Source: Rhynchopus sp. YZ270_cl-10 (taxonomy: Eukaryota). Taken from it: 64,000 nucleotides of DNA. The notes under the pieces were generated by a model. The model was not told the origin of the DNA. It searched no databases and saw nothing but the letters and a program-made list of their open reading frames with translations. The stretch's first letter is position 1. Each line of letters opens with the position of its first letter. Location: NCBI GenBank assembly GCA_964035575.1, contig OZ037843.1, forward strand, positions 682,001 to 746,000, in the 5' to 3' direction. This document shows positions 25,064-37,874 of this stretch, in pieces. A program made the position numbers and the translations under genes.

Positions 25064-25200
25064 CCACCTGATTTTTACCCAGCGTATAGGCGCGTATAGC
25101 GCGTAAAGGCGCGTAAAGGCTGGGAAAAATGGGTGGGGTTTGGCCTATACGGGCCTTTACGCGCCTATACGCGCCTATACGCGGGGTAAAAATCAGGTGG
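25064..25200. mobile_element. CCACCTGATTTTTACCC MITE, 5-bp TSD
   Basis: TIR as at 10957. TSD TGAAT at 25059-25063 and 25201-25205. Confidence 0.9.
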
Positions 25201-25835
25201 TGAATGGAAAGTATATGAAATTAGTTTTGTTATTTTTTTAAACCTACAACCTCGCTTTTCTTTGGAAGTGTGTGTATTCAAAATAGTAGGTCTATGAACG
25301 GGGGAGAGATTTTTTTTTTTTTTTCCACTAGCTCTCAGTAGCGTCTCACAGGCTGTTGTGTGTCTCACGGAGACAATCATAGATCACTCGAATATGCACA
25401 TACAATTCAATTTTACAAAAAGAAAATTTTTTTTTCTTCTTCAGTGCCTGCATCCTCCGATAAACGGTGAGGCGTTTGCACTTTCAACTTCTCTTTTTTA
25501 TTTTATTTTATTATACATGGCTTGCAGAGCATCTTTTCAGATAATGATGAATTTTGGTGAGTGACCGACACCTCTCCTTTTTTTGCCTTTTTTTTTTGTG
25601 TGTGTACGTTTAGGAAAGGCAACTTCCTATTAAGCCCGCCGACTCCATTTTCTTGGAGCTTCCAGGACCGTGCATGATCCGTTCCCTACGAAGGAATGGT
25701 AAAAAAGTTTGCAAACAAAAAATCAAGATCCTCTTCAAGCCATGTTTATATACTATCAAGGTGGCTAAGTATGCGGGCCCCAGCATAATCTTACCAATCT
25801 TTCTTTTTCTCTTTTATTTTTTATTTTTATTTTTA

Positions 25836-26338
25836 CACGGGTCGGGAAAGATCTTTTGTCTTTTTTTGTCTTTTTTCGAGAATCTCGGGAGAAAAAAAAA
25901 AAAAATCAAGATTTTCAGGATTTTTGTCTTTTTTTTTCAGGATCTCTCGAGATCTTTGAGATCTTTGAAAAATCCTGAAAAAAAAAGGAAAAAAAGAGAA
26001 AAAAAGATGAAAAAGATCTTGAAAATCTTTTTTTTCTCAAAAAAAAGATAAAAAAGATTTTTGGGATTTTGAAAAATCTTTTTGGGAAAAAAAAAAAAAA
26101 AGATTTTGAAAATCTTTTTTTTTTTTTTCAAAGATTTCTCAAGATCTCGAGATTTTTCATGAAATTTCATGGATTTTTCCAGGATTTTTCAGGATTTTTT
26201 CAGGATTTTCCCAGGATTTTCAAATCTTTTCTCTTTTTTTTTTTCTCCCAAAAATCTTTTTTTTTTTTTTTTTTTCGGGAGAAGAGGATTTTTTTTCTCG
26301 AAAAAAAAAAAAAAAAAAAAGATCTTTCCCGACCCGTG
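25836..26338. mobile_element. Word-filled MITE (AAGATCTT/AGATTTT), 6-bp TSD
   Basis: Perfect TIR CACGGGTCGGGAAAGATCTTTT and TSD TTTTTA. The interior is almost entirely AGAT(C/T)T variants and A/T runs. Confidence 0.9.
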
Positions 26339-26654
26339 TTTTTATTTTTTTTTAAATCCAGCGTCCAGAGGAATACGACTCTGAACGTTTTACTTTACGA
26401 AACAAAGTCTCTACGAAACCAAGAAATACTCCATGCTATTTTAGCCCTCCCCCTCCCCTCCCTTCCCCTCCCCTCCCCCCCTTTTTTTTGTGATTTCACC
26501 CTCCATAATCCTCCGGATGGCTGGCATCGTACGTGGGTCAGTTGGAGGTGTGCCTGTATCAATAGCCATTCTTTTTTTTGTTTTTTGTTCCCCCCCTTTT
26601 TTTTGTAATCAAAAGTTAAACCAAACCTCTGCCCCAATTAAGAACCTCTCCCCC

Positions 26655-26728
26655 TAATGGTGGCAGTATTGTGATGGGAGCCCATTGTAATACGCAATGG
26701 GGCTCCCATCACAATACTGCCACCATTA
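26655..26728. repeat. Near-perfect 74-bp hairpin
   Basis: Arms TAATGGTGGCAGTATTGTGATGGGAGCCC(C)ATTG with a single indel and a 7-nt loop. Confidence 0.9.
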
Positions 26729-26958
26729 TCTCTCTCCCCTCCCTCCCCCTACCTTTCCCTTCTTGGCTCCCTCCACTGCTCCATCATTATTCCCCCGTAC
26801 CACCACGCCATTCCCAGCCTTGATGAGATGCAACAGACATTTCTTTATCTCAACAGGTTTTTTTTTTTTTGTGTTGAAGCCGGGAGAGGAAGATCATCCC
26901 CGCCTTCACGACAATGACGACAATGTTAAATGAGGGAATTTTTTTTTTTTTATATGAA

Positions 26959-27609
26959 TGGTGTGGCTGAAACCAGCAAATTTCACTGCTAAAGAACTGC
27001 CAACAAACTGCTAAATAATACCCTTTTTTTAGGGGTGGTGTATAAAAACATTTTTTTACCTTGGTTTTTCCACTCCCCCTGTTGGCGCGCCTCCACTCTT
27101 GCATACCCATGTGTGACCCCACCGTTGAACGCAATCGACTCGCTGAGTCAAAAGAACGCACAGAACGGGGCTGGAAAAAATCACGAAAAACGCGTACCGT
27201 GCGCCTGCGGCGCCCACAAAGTGAGTTTTCCCCCTGTGTATACTGTGTATACTGTGTATACTGTGTATACTGTGTATACTGTGTATACTGTGTATACTGT
27301 GTATACTGTGTATACTGTGTATACTGTGTATACTGTGTATACTGTGTATACTGTGTATACTGTGTATACTGCGGAAATTGACCAAAAACGAGAACTTGTC
27401 CATTTCGGCGAATTGACCCCACCACTGGCCAGACGGATTCCGGAAATGCAAATTCCGGCGTTAAAAAGCTCACCAACGAAAAAAAAAATTTTTTTTTCCA
27501 ACACCCGTGGGGAAAAATTTTTTTATACACCACCCCCCCAAAAATGCATGCTAACAAAGTGCTAACAAACTGCTAAATAATACCCTTTTTTTTGGGTTCA
27601 GCCACACCA
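26959..27609. mobile_element. TGGTG...CACCA TIR element with a satellite core, 5-bp TSD
   Basis: TIR TGGTGTGGCTGAA / TTCAGCCACACCA. TSD ATGAA at 26954-26958 and 27610-27614. Confidence 0.9.
27234..27371. repeat. (CTGTGTATA)n perfect 9-bp satellite, ~15 copies
   Basis: Tandem array at the centre of the 26959-27609 element. Confidence 0.97.
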
Positions 27610-28032
27610 ATGAAACAATTTTTTTTTTTAATTTTTTGACAAAAAAAGAGGAAATAGAATCGACTGAAGGCATTGGTTTTCATTCAGTAGTTGTCCTTTT
27701 TTTAAATCACTTCGCAACTCATACAGAAGAAAACGCAACAAAATTTGCAGAGCGGAAAAAAGTTGTTTTTTTTTTTTTTAAATTCACTCTGTCGTATCCT
27801 GTAAGTCCGATTCTATTTTTTTTTGTTCCGTAAACCGTACAATATATGGACCGTAGACCTGCTCTGTACCATTTTTCTATTGTTTTCATATCAGATGTAA
27901 ACCACGAAAAATGGATGTAGGACTGCATGGTTGCCCGGTACATCCGGTCATTGTAAGCCTCGAGTCAAGGTCATCATCCACTTTACCGTTGTTGTACTGT
28001 TTGAACGGTGGTTTTTGCATCCTGCCGTCTTA

Positions 28033-28174
28033 CACGATGAAGTAGTAAATGATTTGTCTTTGTGGTTTTACTTTGCGGTTGCACCGTGTTAAGGCAATGG
28101 TACCGTTGAGTTACAACAGTGAAGCCACAAAAAAATAAAACCACAAAAGGCAAGTCATTTACTTCACCATCGTG
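28033..28174. mobile_element. TA-flanked foldback MITE
   Basis: Long imperfect TIR CACGATG...GTAAATGA...TTGTGGTTTTA. A compact relative forms a hairpin at 57152-57231, and a terminal fragment lies at ~17203. Confidence 0.7.
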
Positions 28175-31100
28175 TATCCATTGTCGCCGTCACACCCAAA
28201 CACACGCTCCACCTGCACGTCTGCTTTTCTCATAGAAGGTTGGTAAAGAGGGGCTCTCCTGGGTTCTCTCGCCCCTTGTATCTGCAACAAAAGAATTTTT
28301 TTAATAGTGGAGCTCATCCTCGTGGTCTACACTGATATGACCAAGTTTTTATTAAAAAAAAAACAAAACAAAAAAAGCAAAAAAAAATCGACACAACGAC
28401 AAAAAAACGATGGGAGCGCTGCTTTGTTGCAGTTGCTTCCAGGGCCTGCTCTCGTAAATGAGCCGGACCCTTTTAGTGCCCCCAAAAAAAAGCAACAAAA
28501 AAAAAAAAAAAAAAAAGAAAAAAAAAATCGAAGTGGAGCTTACAATCAGTCATCGGTAGCAACTACACTATTCCCTCATTCCCCCCTTTTTTTTGTATAT
28601 TTGCTTTTTTTTTATTGGGGGGGCAGTATTATGTAAAACCGTTTTTATTGTATCCTGAGTGTATCCGCGTTGCTTACTTCACATATGAGTGGAGCGAGAG
28701 GACGAGAAAAAAAAATGGAAAGTGGAGATTGCACAACTGTGTGTGGCAAACACAAACCGAGGCAACTACACTACTCCAACAATTTATCAAAAAAATTATG
28801 CGTGGGGCTCACACAAAGAAGAAAGTGAGGTGTCTACACGTTATCAATGATTCAATTATCCAAAAAAGGAAAAAAAAGGGGGGGAAAACACATTCCCAAA
28901 AAGAAATATTTTACCTACCCTCCAACTACCCTTTTCTCTCTCACAACAAGACTCTGTTTTTTTTCCTCCTTCTTTTTCTTGTTTTGAAATACTCTTTTTC
29001 ATTTTTGTGTAAAGTAAAGTAAAAAAAGTTTGGGTACATTTAGTGCACCCTATTATACCTTCTATTCAGTAGAATAGTTAGTATATGAAACAACTTTTTT
29101 GTGTTCCTTCCACCTGATTTTTACCCCGCGTACAGGCGCACATACGGCCTTATACGGTCCTATACGCGCCTATTACCGGGGTAAAAACCAGGTTTCCTTG
29201 ACGAAAAAGAGAAAAAAAAAAAAAAAAAAAACCGTGGTTGCTGCTTTGTAATCTATCAACAGATTTTTTTTTTAGACTCTTTTTTTGATTTTTAAATTCC
29301 TTGACACTCCCTCGCCAGGGAAAAAGAAAAAAAGAAGGGAAAAAGAAGAAAAAAAAACACCGCGTTTTGCTATCAGAACCCCAAAACAAAACTAAAACTA
29401 AAAAAAAAACTAAAACCTCCCCCCCGAGATCTGCCGTTTTGCAACATTAAGTGCAACAAACCGCACGACATCCCCCATATTTTTTTCGTTTTTCCCTTTT
29501 TCCCTTTTCCTCCTCCCCTTCCCCCCCTTCCCCCCCTCCCCCCTTTTTTTTGAAAGCTTGGTTTGCGTTAGTATAGACACCCGAGGATGTGCCACAACTA
29601 TACCGACCGTTTTTTAAATAGCTTCCCTTTTTCTTTTCTCTTTTAAGGATCCTAAAGAAGAAAAAAAAATTGTGGCTGCCTATCTAGGTGATAGTAGTCA
29701 ATAATCAAACAATTGTTTTTTCTTTTTGCAACACTCTGGGGGTTCGATAACCCCACGGGGGTGTCAGTGCCTGCGTCCCAGAGGCGTTTTGCACTATCAA
29801 CTTCACTTTCTCCTTTCAATGTACAAAAGGAAAAAAAAAAAGTTTGGGTACATTTAGTGCACCCTGTTATACCTTCTATTCAGTATATGAAATATTTTTT
29901 TTTCCCTGTGGATAGTCCATGCATAAAGTAAGGGTCTGCCTGATTAATAGATCATTCAGTCGTGTTCACTTTTTTTTTCTTTTTATATAGGTGACAAAAG
30001 CACAGAGAGGCTTAGGTTCATTTTATAAACTTCGGTGCTTTTTTTTTGTGGTACAAATCGCGAAACACCATATTCATCAGATGAAATTGTTGCTAGACAC
30101 TCCCTCTATAGGGGCTCAATGCACTCTCATTTTTTTATATTTTTTTATTCCTACGAAGCTTGCTTTAATTTTTTCCAAATTTTCCAAATTTTTTGACTCC
30201 GACCCCAATATTTAGCATCTTCCCTGCAGGACGCTTTCCTGTGTTTTACTCTACAAAAGAAAAAAAAAAAAAAAAAAAACGTTTTCATCATCATTTTCTG
30301 ATGTGCTGAAGAGGTCCATCTTGCGCATATTCTCTTGTTTTAAAACAGGAGATAGCGTGAAGCCTGCTTGAGTGAAAAAAAAAACCCCCCCCGAGTCACT
30401 TACTTCGCACAAGGATTTGCTCTCTTGTGTTCCAATTATACCCGTTTCGTTGACTGACGAGCGGTAGCGGGAGTAGGACATCTCAACGTAGACCGCGAAA
30501 TGGAAGTAAGCTGGGCGGAGGGTGGGCGTGGCGTGGATATATTCTGTTGCGACACGTGATTTTTCCAAGTTTTCAAAAAAAAAAAAAGAAGAAAAATAAA
30601 CAGAATAAAAGTGGAGCTCATCCTCGGGGTGTCAACACAAAACAACCAAGTTTTCAAAAAAAAAGGTCCCTTTTTTCATTTTAAAAAAAAACCGCTCTAA
30701 AGGGGTTGAGGAACGAACTACGTCTACACCTTATCAACTTATCAAGTACGAAAAGATATTGGACAAATTTTGAGTGGAGATTCCTAATGTATTTGCTAAA
30801 GGTGGGTGCTTTTCGATACAACAAAGATTTTTTTTTTATAAATTTTTGCGCACTTTTTTTTTGCCTTTCTTTTTTCGAAATTTCGGCAAAAAAAAACGTC
30901 CCAGAGTTCGGGAATAGGCTGTCATCGTGTACGTAATCGAGTCGATAGTGATTGTGGCGTGCTTCTGTTGGTCCGTACTGTTGCCACAAATTTTAATTTT
31001 TTGTGGTATTGCCAATACTAGTACTTCCCCCGCATATTGTACTCCTGTGGTCTTTGTGAATAACAGTTTTTGTGATTATTACGACACGGATTTTATTATT

Positions 31101-31791
31101 ATCAGAGTTACTATTTCTTCTGTGCACACGGTGGCCCTGTCAGTGCGTGACATGACATGACACGAGATGGTATGAGAGGGGCCATGACAGGGCGAAATTA
31201 CACGTGTTGTGACATTGTCACAACACGTGGGGGGTGCGTGTCATGGCAGTGTCATGACTGTCAAAAAGACCTGATAGAGTTACCGTGTAAGTTGCTGATA
31301 GAGCCTATTTTTTTTTTTTTTTTTAGTGGTCCGCGGATGTGGCTGCTATCTGATAGTAGTTTATAATCAAACAAAATTTTTGTTGCGTCTGCCGATGAAC
31401 GGTGGTTCGCAAAAGGAAGCGGTTGCACTTTCAACTTCTCTCTTTTTATTATTATTATTTTGCAATAGTTGCCCCAGCACAGTCAGGGCTTTGGATCCTT
31501 CTTTTTCCAACTCTTCTCTCTATAGGTGGTCCTGCCTCTGCCCCGCGATTTGAGGCAGTTTGTTTGTTGTTATTTTCTTCCCAGCTTTTTTTTTCTTCTT
31601 TTCCTCTCTAAAAGAAAAACACAAAAAAAACCTACTTACAACCTGTGGTTTCCCTCCTAACCACGCTCCGGCAGTAGAGCGCTTCACGCCCTTTTGTTGC
31701 CAAAAAGTTTAAAAAAAAAACACAGTGGGAGATTGCAACCTTTTGTGTATGCTTGAGTTCAGGAATCGCTTTGCGTCTATATCAATTTAAT

Positions 31792-31915
31792 GTATTCGTA
31801 CAAAAAAAAATTATCGTACCGTAAAAAATGTTCGACCCTTTCAGGATTTTTCTGGAAGTTCGACCTTTTTTACGGTCGATAATTATTTTTTTTTTTTTTT
31901 TGTACGAATCCAGTA
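31792..31915. repeat. Foldback repeat family (ATTCGTACAAAAA...TTTGTACGAAT)
   Basis: Inverted ends. Relatives at ~18665-18765 and ~43470-43560. Confidence 0.6.
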
Positions 31916-32005
31916 CAAAAAAACCGCGCAACATTGTGTACAGACCCTATCTAGATAGGTGATCGATACAACACAAGAAAAAAATGGTTATTTGCCCACT
32001 CAAAA

Positions 32006-34987
32006 CACGGATGCTGCCAGATCTGGCCAGATTTGGGGGCCAATTTCCCAGATCTGGCTCGTTTTCCAGATGTGGAGATCTTGTTTCCAGATCTGGCCAG
32101 ATCTGGCCAGATCTGGGAATCTGGGAAATTTTTTTTTTCAAAAAAAAAAAAAACCCCCCAGATCTGGCCAGATCTGGCCAGATCTGGAAATCTGGCCATT
32201 TTTTTTTTTTTCTCAGATTTCTGGCTATTGTCTCCCAGGGAAAGGGACTCTCGAATTTTTTTTTTCGCCCTAAAAAGGGCTAATTTCGACGATTTGAGGC
32301 CGTTAAAAGCAAAATTTGACACTTTTGAGCATCTGTGGGGGCCTAAAACGTGGTTTCGCGCACCCGAAATTTCGTGGTTTTTACCAAAGACAAGTCGATT
32401 TTTGAAAAATCTCGAAAAAAAAATTTTTTTTCCCGGGAAAATTTTGACCCCTGAGTAGGGTTTTTGTGCACCAAAAAGTGCAAAAAAACGCAAGAGTCGG
32501 GTGTTTTGACGATCTGGGGTACCGCCATATGCACTACAGGCCCACAATTTCGACTTTTTCTTAGCAATTTCCTTCATAATTTTTTTTTTTCGATTTTTGG
32601 CAAAGGCAAATCTCAGGCAAAAAAAATTCACCCCTGATAGTGGGTCCTTGGGTGTCCAAAGATGCCAAAAACACAAAAATTTTGATGTTTTGACCATCTG
32701 TGGGCGCCTAAAACGCACTTCTCTGCCCAAAAAATGAATATCGATTTTTCCTTAGCGTTTTTATAGCCGTGCTTTTTGGGTACTTTTTCGCAAAGGGAAA
32801 AAAAAAATATCAACCAAAATAGTGGGTCCTTGGGTGACCAAAAATGCAAAAAAACGCATTTTTTTGGTGTTTTGACCCTTCAGAACCACCCAAAACGCAC
32901 TTTTGTGTACCAAAACACGCATATTTCACATTTCCTTAGCAATGCCTTCACAAGTGCAAGGTGATTTTTGACCAAACTAATTTTGTGCACTTTTTTTGTG
33001 GTCACGTAACGCTAAAATCCTCTCCGTGATGCGAGAATTACATGTGCGAATGCGATAATGATTCTCGCATGCGAACGCCCAAAACCACGAAGGAGGACGC
33101 AAGCAAGGCTTCAGTGCACTTAGGTACAGGATGCGTCGTTTTCAGTTACAAAAAAGGGTACTGTGAAGCCGTTGAGGCACACACACACACACAGACCCGT
33201 TGCAAAATGCATCTGGGACCCACGCTAGACCCCCCAAAAGCTGTAAAACCATATATTTCCATCTCGCGACCCCAGCGGATGTGGACTGAGGTGTTTTTTT
33301 TGGGTGTTTAGAAAGGTTTTTGTCCGATTGGAGAATTTTTTCGGTAAGTGTTGCATTTTGTCCCCACTGAGTGTGCACTCAGAAAACACTCATCAATAAA
33401 ACGACCTTTCTGTTCGGTAAAAAATAGTTATTTTCTATCGTAGTAGTGGGTTTGTCGTGCAGTGATGTTCTTTGTACCTGGAGAGTGGGCCGAGTGCAAG
33501 GTATGTTTTTAACCCCCCGGTTTTCTCCCTTTTCGACATGTCCGCTATTTTTTAGCTATTTTTTTTTTTGTCAACAAAAATGTCACTTTTACGTTTAAGG
33601 GGTACGGGGCGGCTTCTTGTTTGTTTGTTTGTTTTTTTTGTTGTAGTCTCTACTTTTACATTCAATTTCTCTTAACAGGTACCCGAACCGACGACCCTTC
33701 ATCGTGACAGCGAAGCAGTGCCGACGGAAGAGCTGGTGCAATTATTTGAAAACCAGGTGGCGATCGTAAAAGTCGGGTTTATATACCAACTTTTCCATTA
33801 ACCCACCCCATAGACCACCCTAATTATTATGAAACTCTTAGTCAGTCACTGCTATAGCCATTTAATCCAGGGAGCATAGCTAGTGCAAGAAATTCGACTT
33901 CGGGATCCGGAAAGTCTGTCCTCTGCTTGCGGAGGACTAGGCACAAGAAAATATTGCGTTCCCCCAGAAAACCAATTTTTGTCAGAGTAATTTTTGCCCA
34001 GGGCATGCTCTTGAAGCATGGCGGCTTGGTGTGAGAAGGGGCAGTGTATTGTTTTGTTCTAGATTTCAACGGTTGTTAGAACGAGTCAAGTGGATGCTTA
34101 TCTAAACACTGACTTTAGTACAGACCCGAGAGATCACACATGACTTTGAGGAAAGAACAAAGCAATGCATCTGTACCCGCACGCCAGGTTGTAGTTACTT
34201 CAGAATTTTCTTAAGTTTGCATGAACGAGGAGGGGCGAATCATTCTTCGGGAACCATTAGCTGTATACCATGGAATGATTTTCTCAAAAACACCACGTGG
34301 GGGCTGAATTCAATCCCTTAAGAATTGCGAATTCAGCCTTTGTAGAAGGTACGTCTTACTTGTACTTGTACTTGTATGCCGTGTCCACCCTTCTCGACCT
34401 TACCGGTTCACATGTACGAATAATATTAGGCAGTGGTAACACCCTTCTCAATTGTGCAAACTTAAGAATTTTCTGCTGTAACTTACCAAAATCGATTTTC
34501 TTTCACCCCAAACACCCGCAACACCCCACCTGCTACTTCGGTAGCCTGTGTTGTTGGGAGTTGGTTCTCATGTTGATCCCCAGTGTTTTGCACTGCTTCT
34601 TCTGAGCCCAACGCTGTTTGGCCTGTCGACGTAATAAATACGAAGACAGGGCGGCGGTGCCAACAATTTTCCAATGATGTAACGTTTATCTGATTGATTT
34701 ATCGTTTGATATACCTTGTGTGTCCTACTTCGTAACTTGCACACACGAGCAACGTATATTGAACGGTACTTCAAGCGATACTTCGTTATGTCATTGGGGG
34801 TACCTGGAAAAAAAAATTTTCCCAGACGTCCCAGATCTCCCAGATGTGGCCAGATCTGGCCAGATCTGGCCAGATCTGGGACGTCTGGGAAAATTTTTTT
34901 TTTCAAAAAAAAAAAAAAAATTTCCAGATCTGGCCAGATCTGGGAGGCCCAGATCTGGAGATCTGGCCAGATCTGGCAGCATCCGTG
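32006..34987. mobile_element. 3.0-kb TIR element with CCAGATCTGG subterminal arrays, 6-bp TSD
   Basis: 27-bp perfect TIR CACGGATGCTGCCAGATCTGGCCAGAT. TSD TCAAAA at 32000-32005 and 34988-34993. No intact ORF inside. Confidence 0.93.
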
Positions 34988-35436
34988 TCAAAACCATTTT
35001 TTTTACATTTTTTTTTATTTATATAGCCTGCAATACCCCAACGCTTCTTGAATCTTTCGAGGATAGGGGCGACATTTTTTTTTTCCCCCCGGCAGACGTT
35101 GAGTTCAGATCTGTAGACTGTAGGGTATTAGGGTGATTGTCGACAACTACAATAAAATTTAGTACCCCTTCGCCTTCTTCGGGCGACTGTCGAGCACGGA
35201 ACCTACACAAAAACGATTTTGCCGATATCAAGAAAAAAACCTAAAACCTAAAACCTAAAAACAACTAAACCTCCCCCCAATCACGATTAAAGAAGAATCC
35301 TCACGACCCCCCTACCCACTCTATATTTTTTTTTCCTCCTCTCTCAATCGATCTATCTTCACCCTTGAGCGCAACGATTTTTTTTTTTTTTTCACCTTTT
35401 TATTTCCCTTGCTAACAGAAAAAAATATCCAAAACA

Positions 35437-36732
35437 ATGTACGAGTTGTTCCAACGGAATGTGATGGTTCTGTCTGTACTGTTTGCTTTGTGTGTCGATG
35501 GGGAAGACGCTGGGTTTGTCTGGGATTCACGCAGCAGTGCAAGCAGGGTTGCCTTTGCCAGCTGCCATTCTATGCGGAGGGTTACGCCGAACGGCGTGTT
35601 CGAACGTTTAAGAGAATACACACCAGAACGTTTCTTTTGGACAGGCGATGCAGTCTACGTGAACACCACAAACACCACAGAGCTCTCCACCGCGTATTCA
35701 AAAATGACGACATACCCTCCGTACACCCGCTTCGTTGAGAGCATTGGGGCAAACAACATTGACGGTACCTGGGACGACCACGACTACGGCCTAAACGACG
35801 CTGGAAAGGAACTCACCGAAAAACCCACCCGCCAACAGCTATTTCTCAACTTCATTGGGAAAGACGACAACCCCCGCAGGGGGTTCACGCAGAGGGAGGG
35901 GGTGTACTCCTCACATCTCATCGAACGAAACGGACGGCGTGTTGCTGTCATCCTGCTTGACACAAGGACACATAGAGCACCTCATTATGTACCGTCCTTC
36001 AGTAGGTTTCGTCTGCCGCAAATGGCGTATCTCTCTGCAGTTTGCCGTATGGTATGCAGTATGTTGCGCCTTTACAGCAGTGAAAGCGTGCTCGGAGCGA
36101 GGCAAGAGGAGTGGCTCGATGCGTTGTTAGAAGGTTACGGAGGGCTTGATGGTTATGTGGTTGTGTCGTCCATTCAAGTTACCACTTCTAATCCATTTGT
36201 TGAATCTTGGGGGCATTTTCCAAATGCAAAGAACTCTCTGCTGCGCCGTTTTTCTGGAAAAAATGGAGTAATATTCATCTCAGGAGACGTCCACGTCGCG
36301 GAGATGATGGCGCACGAAATCACCTCAAGCGGGATGACTCACGTCTTTGGAGTTGGAGCGACCTATATCCCAGGACTTTTTGCGAACCGTATTTTCAATA
36401 GTCACCTGGTTCCTGAAGGGGCCCGCTATTCTGGGAAAAACTTTTTGGGGTTGGACATTGATTGGGAGGGCAATGCAATGCGCTTTGGTGTGAGGAGTGC
36501 AGAAACCGGGGATGTAGTGCTGGCACGAACAGTGCTGCTTGGTGTCCCGACGGAAGGCTTGTTAGAAGCGGCGGTGCAGTCTGTCTTTGTGCACACAGAG
36601 ACCCCCTTTGGGGTGTCATCGATAGCGGTCTTGACAGTGTTGGCGACGGTATTGATAGCATGTCTCATTAGAAAGACCTTTGGTACAGTGTGTGCAAGGA
36701 AGCCGCAAGAGGAACTTAAGAAGACGTCATAA
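35437..36732 (+). CDS. PhoD-like alkaline phosphatase D / metallophosphatase with C-terminal membrane anchor
   Basis: 431 aa with motifs FASC, WTGDAVY, GTWDDHDYGLND, LLDTR, ESW, ISGDVH and EITSSG. Hydrophobic N-terminal segment, C-terminal TM, upstream pyrimidine tract + CAG. Confidence 0.92.
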   Translation: MYELFQRNVMVLSVLFALCVDGEDAGFVWDSRSSASRVAFASCHSMRRVTPNGVFERLREYTPERFFWTGDAVYVNTTNTTELSTAYSKMTTYPPYTRFVESIGANNIDGTWDDHDYGLNDAGKELTEKPTRQQLFLNFIGKDDNPRRGFTQREGVYSSHLIERNGRRVAVILLDTRTHRAPHYVPSFSRFRLPQMAYLSAVCRMVCSMLRLYSSESVLGARQEEWLDALLEGYGGLDGYVVVSSIQVTTSNPFVESWGHFPNAKNSLLRRFSGKNGVIFISGDVHVAEMMAHEITSSGMTHVFGVGATYIPGLFANRIFNSHLVPEGARYSGKNFLGLDIDWEGNAMRFGVRSAETGDVVLARTVLLGVPTEGLLEAAVQSVFVHTETPFGVSSIAVLTVLATVLIACLIRKTFGTVCARKPQEELKKTS

Positions 36733-37874
36733 TTTACTTTCAGAGGGGCAATACTTTTGTTGTCGATTTTATTTTTTAAATAAAACCCCGTTTTGTGTGT
36801 TAGAGGAAATAATGTCTTTGCTTTGTTTGAAGGATCCTATTGTGAAGAGAGAGAAAAAATTGTGACTATCTTTGTGATCGTCTCAAATCAAACAAAACTA
36901 TTTTTGTATTATTCTTATTCATTATTGAGATGACGAGGATGAGAGACCCTCGGTGCCTTCATTACCCCCCCTCACTGTCGATACAGCATGGGATGCCAAG
37001 AGAGAGATGTTGTGCCACCCCTTTTGCTCTCTCGACACTTTTTTACTAAGAGTTGGGCGCCGCGAACGGGAGGAGCTTCAACAACTCTTCAGCAGAAGGT
37101 GGGGACATCCGGCTTTTTTTGGCGTTTTTATTTTTCTGTTATTCCTATCCACCGTTTTGTTTATCTTGCAAAAGCGTACTCCTTCTACTCTGTTTTAAAG
37201 GATCCTGTGCAGAAAAAAATTGGCTGCCATCTTTGATAGTAGTCTATAGTCAAACAGAACTATTTTGTATTATTGCTATCCACCGTTTAATGAGATGACG
37301 AGGATGAGAGACCTCGGTTCATCTGTAAACCATTTTTTTTTTCATTCCCCTTCTAAAATGCCGTTGAAACGATGTGCGCGATACTGTGTGTGCATCTTTT
37401 CCGGGAAAAGAGTTGGCGTGTTGTTTTAGATGTCCACCCTTTTGAATACTACTGTATGATTCTTAGGACTGAAACAGGGTTAATGTTAGAACCCAATCTA
37501 CTGAAGTTTCAATTTGTGCATGAAGCATTTATTTTTCTTTTTCTACGTTTTGCAAAACATTCCAAAAAAAGCAAGGGTACATTTGTCGCACCCTCTTTGC
37601 TTTCTTTTCGTTTCGTTAAGAAAAGAAAGTATATGAAGTAATGTTACCTCTTTGCACCCGTAAAGGCAGAGCTCTCATACCTTGAAGAATCTTTCATCTT
37701 CGTGTGCAACAATCTGAATTTCCCACCAATGATGTCTACACCAGAACCCCGCTACCCCCATTGTTTTTCTTGTATTTGGTCGTAGCCCGCTAAGAACCCC
37801 GTGCCTGAAGACGTTCGTTCGCACGGCACCTCTATTTACACCATTCCCCACAGAACAGAATCACTCCCCTGAAC

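Noticed and set aside
32006..34987. CRISPR-like array or restriction-site cluster (AGATCT, AGTACT words)
   Set aside because: No constant repeat-spacer periodicity and no cas genes. The context is eukaryotic and the words are subterminal TE repeats.
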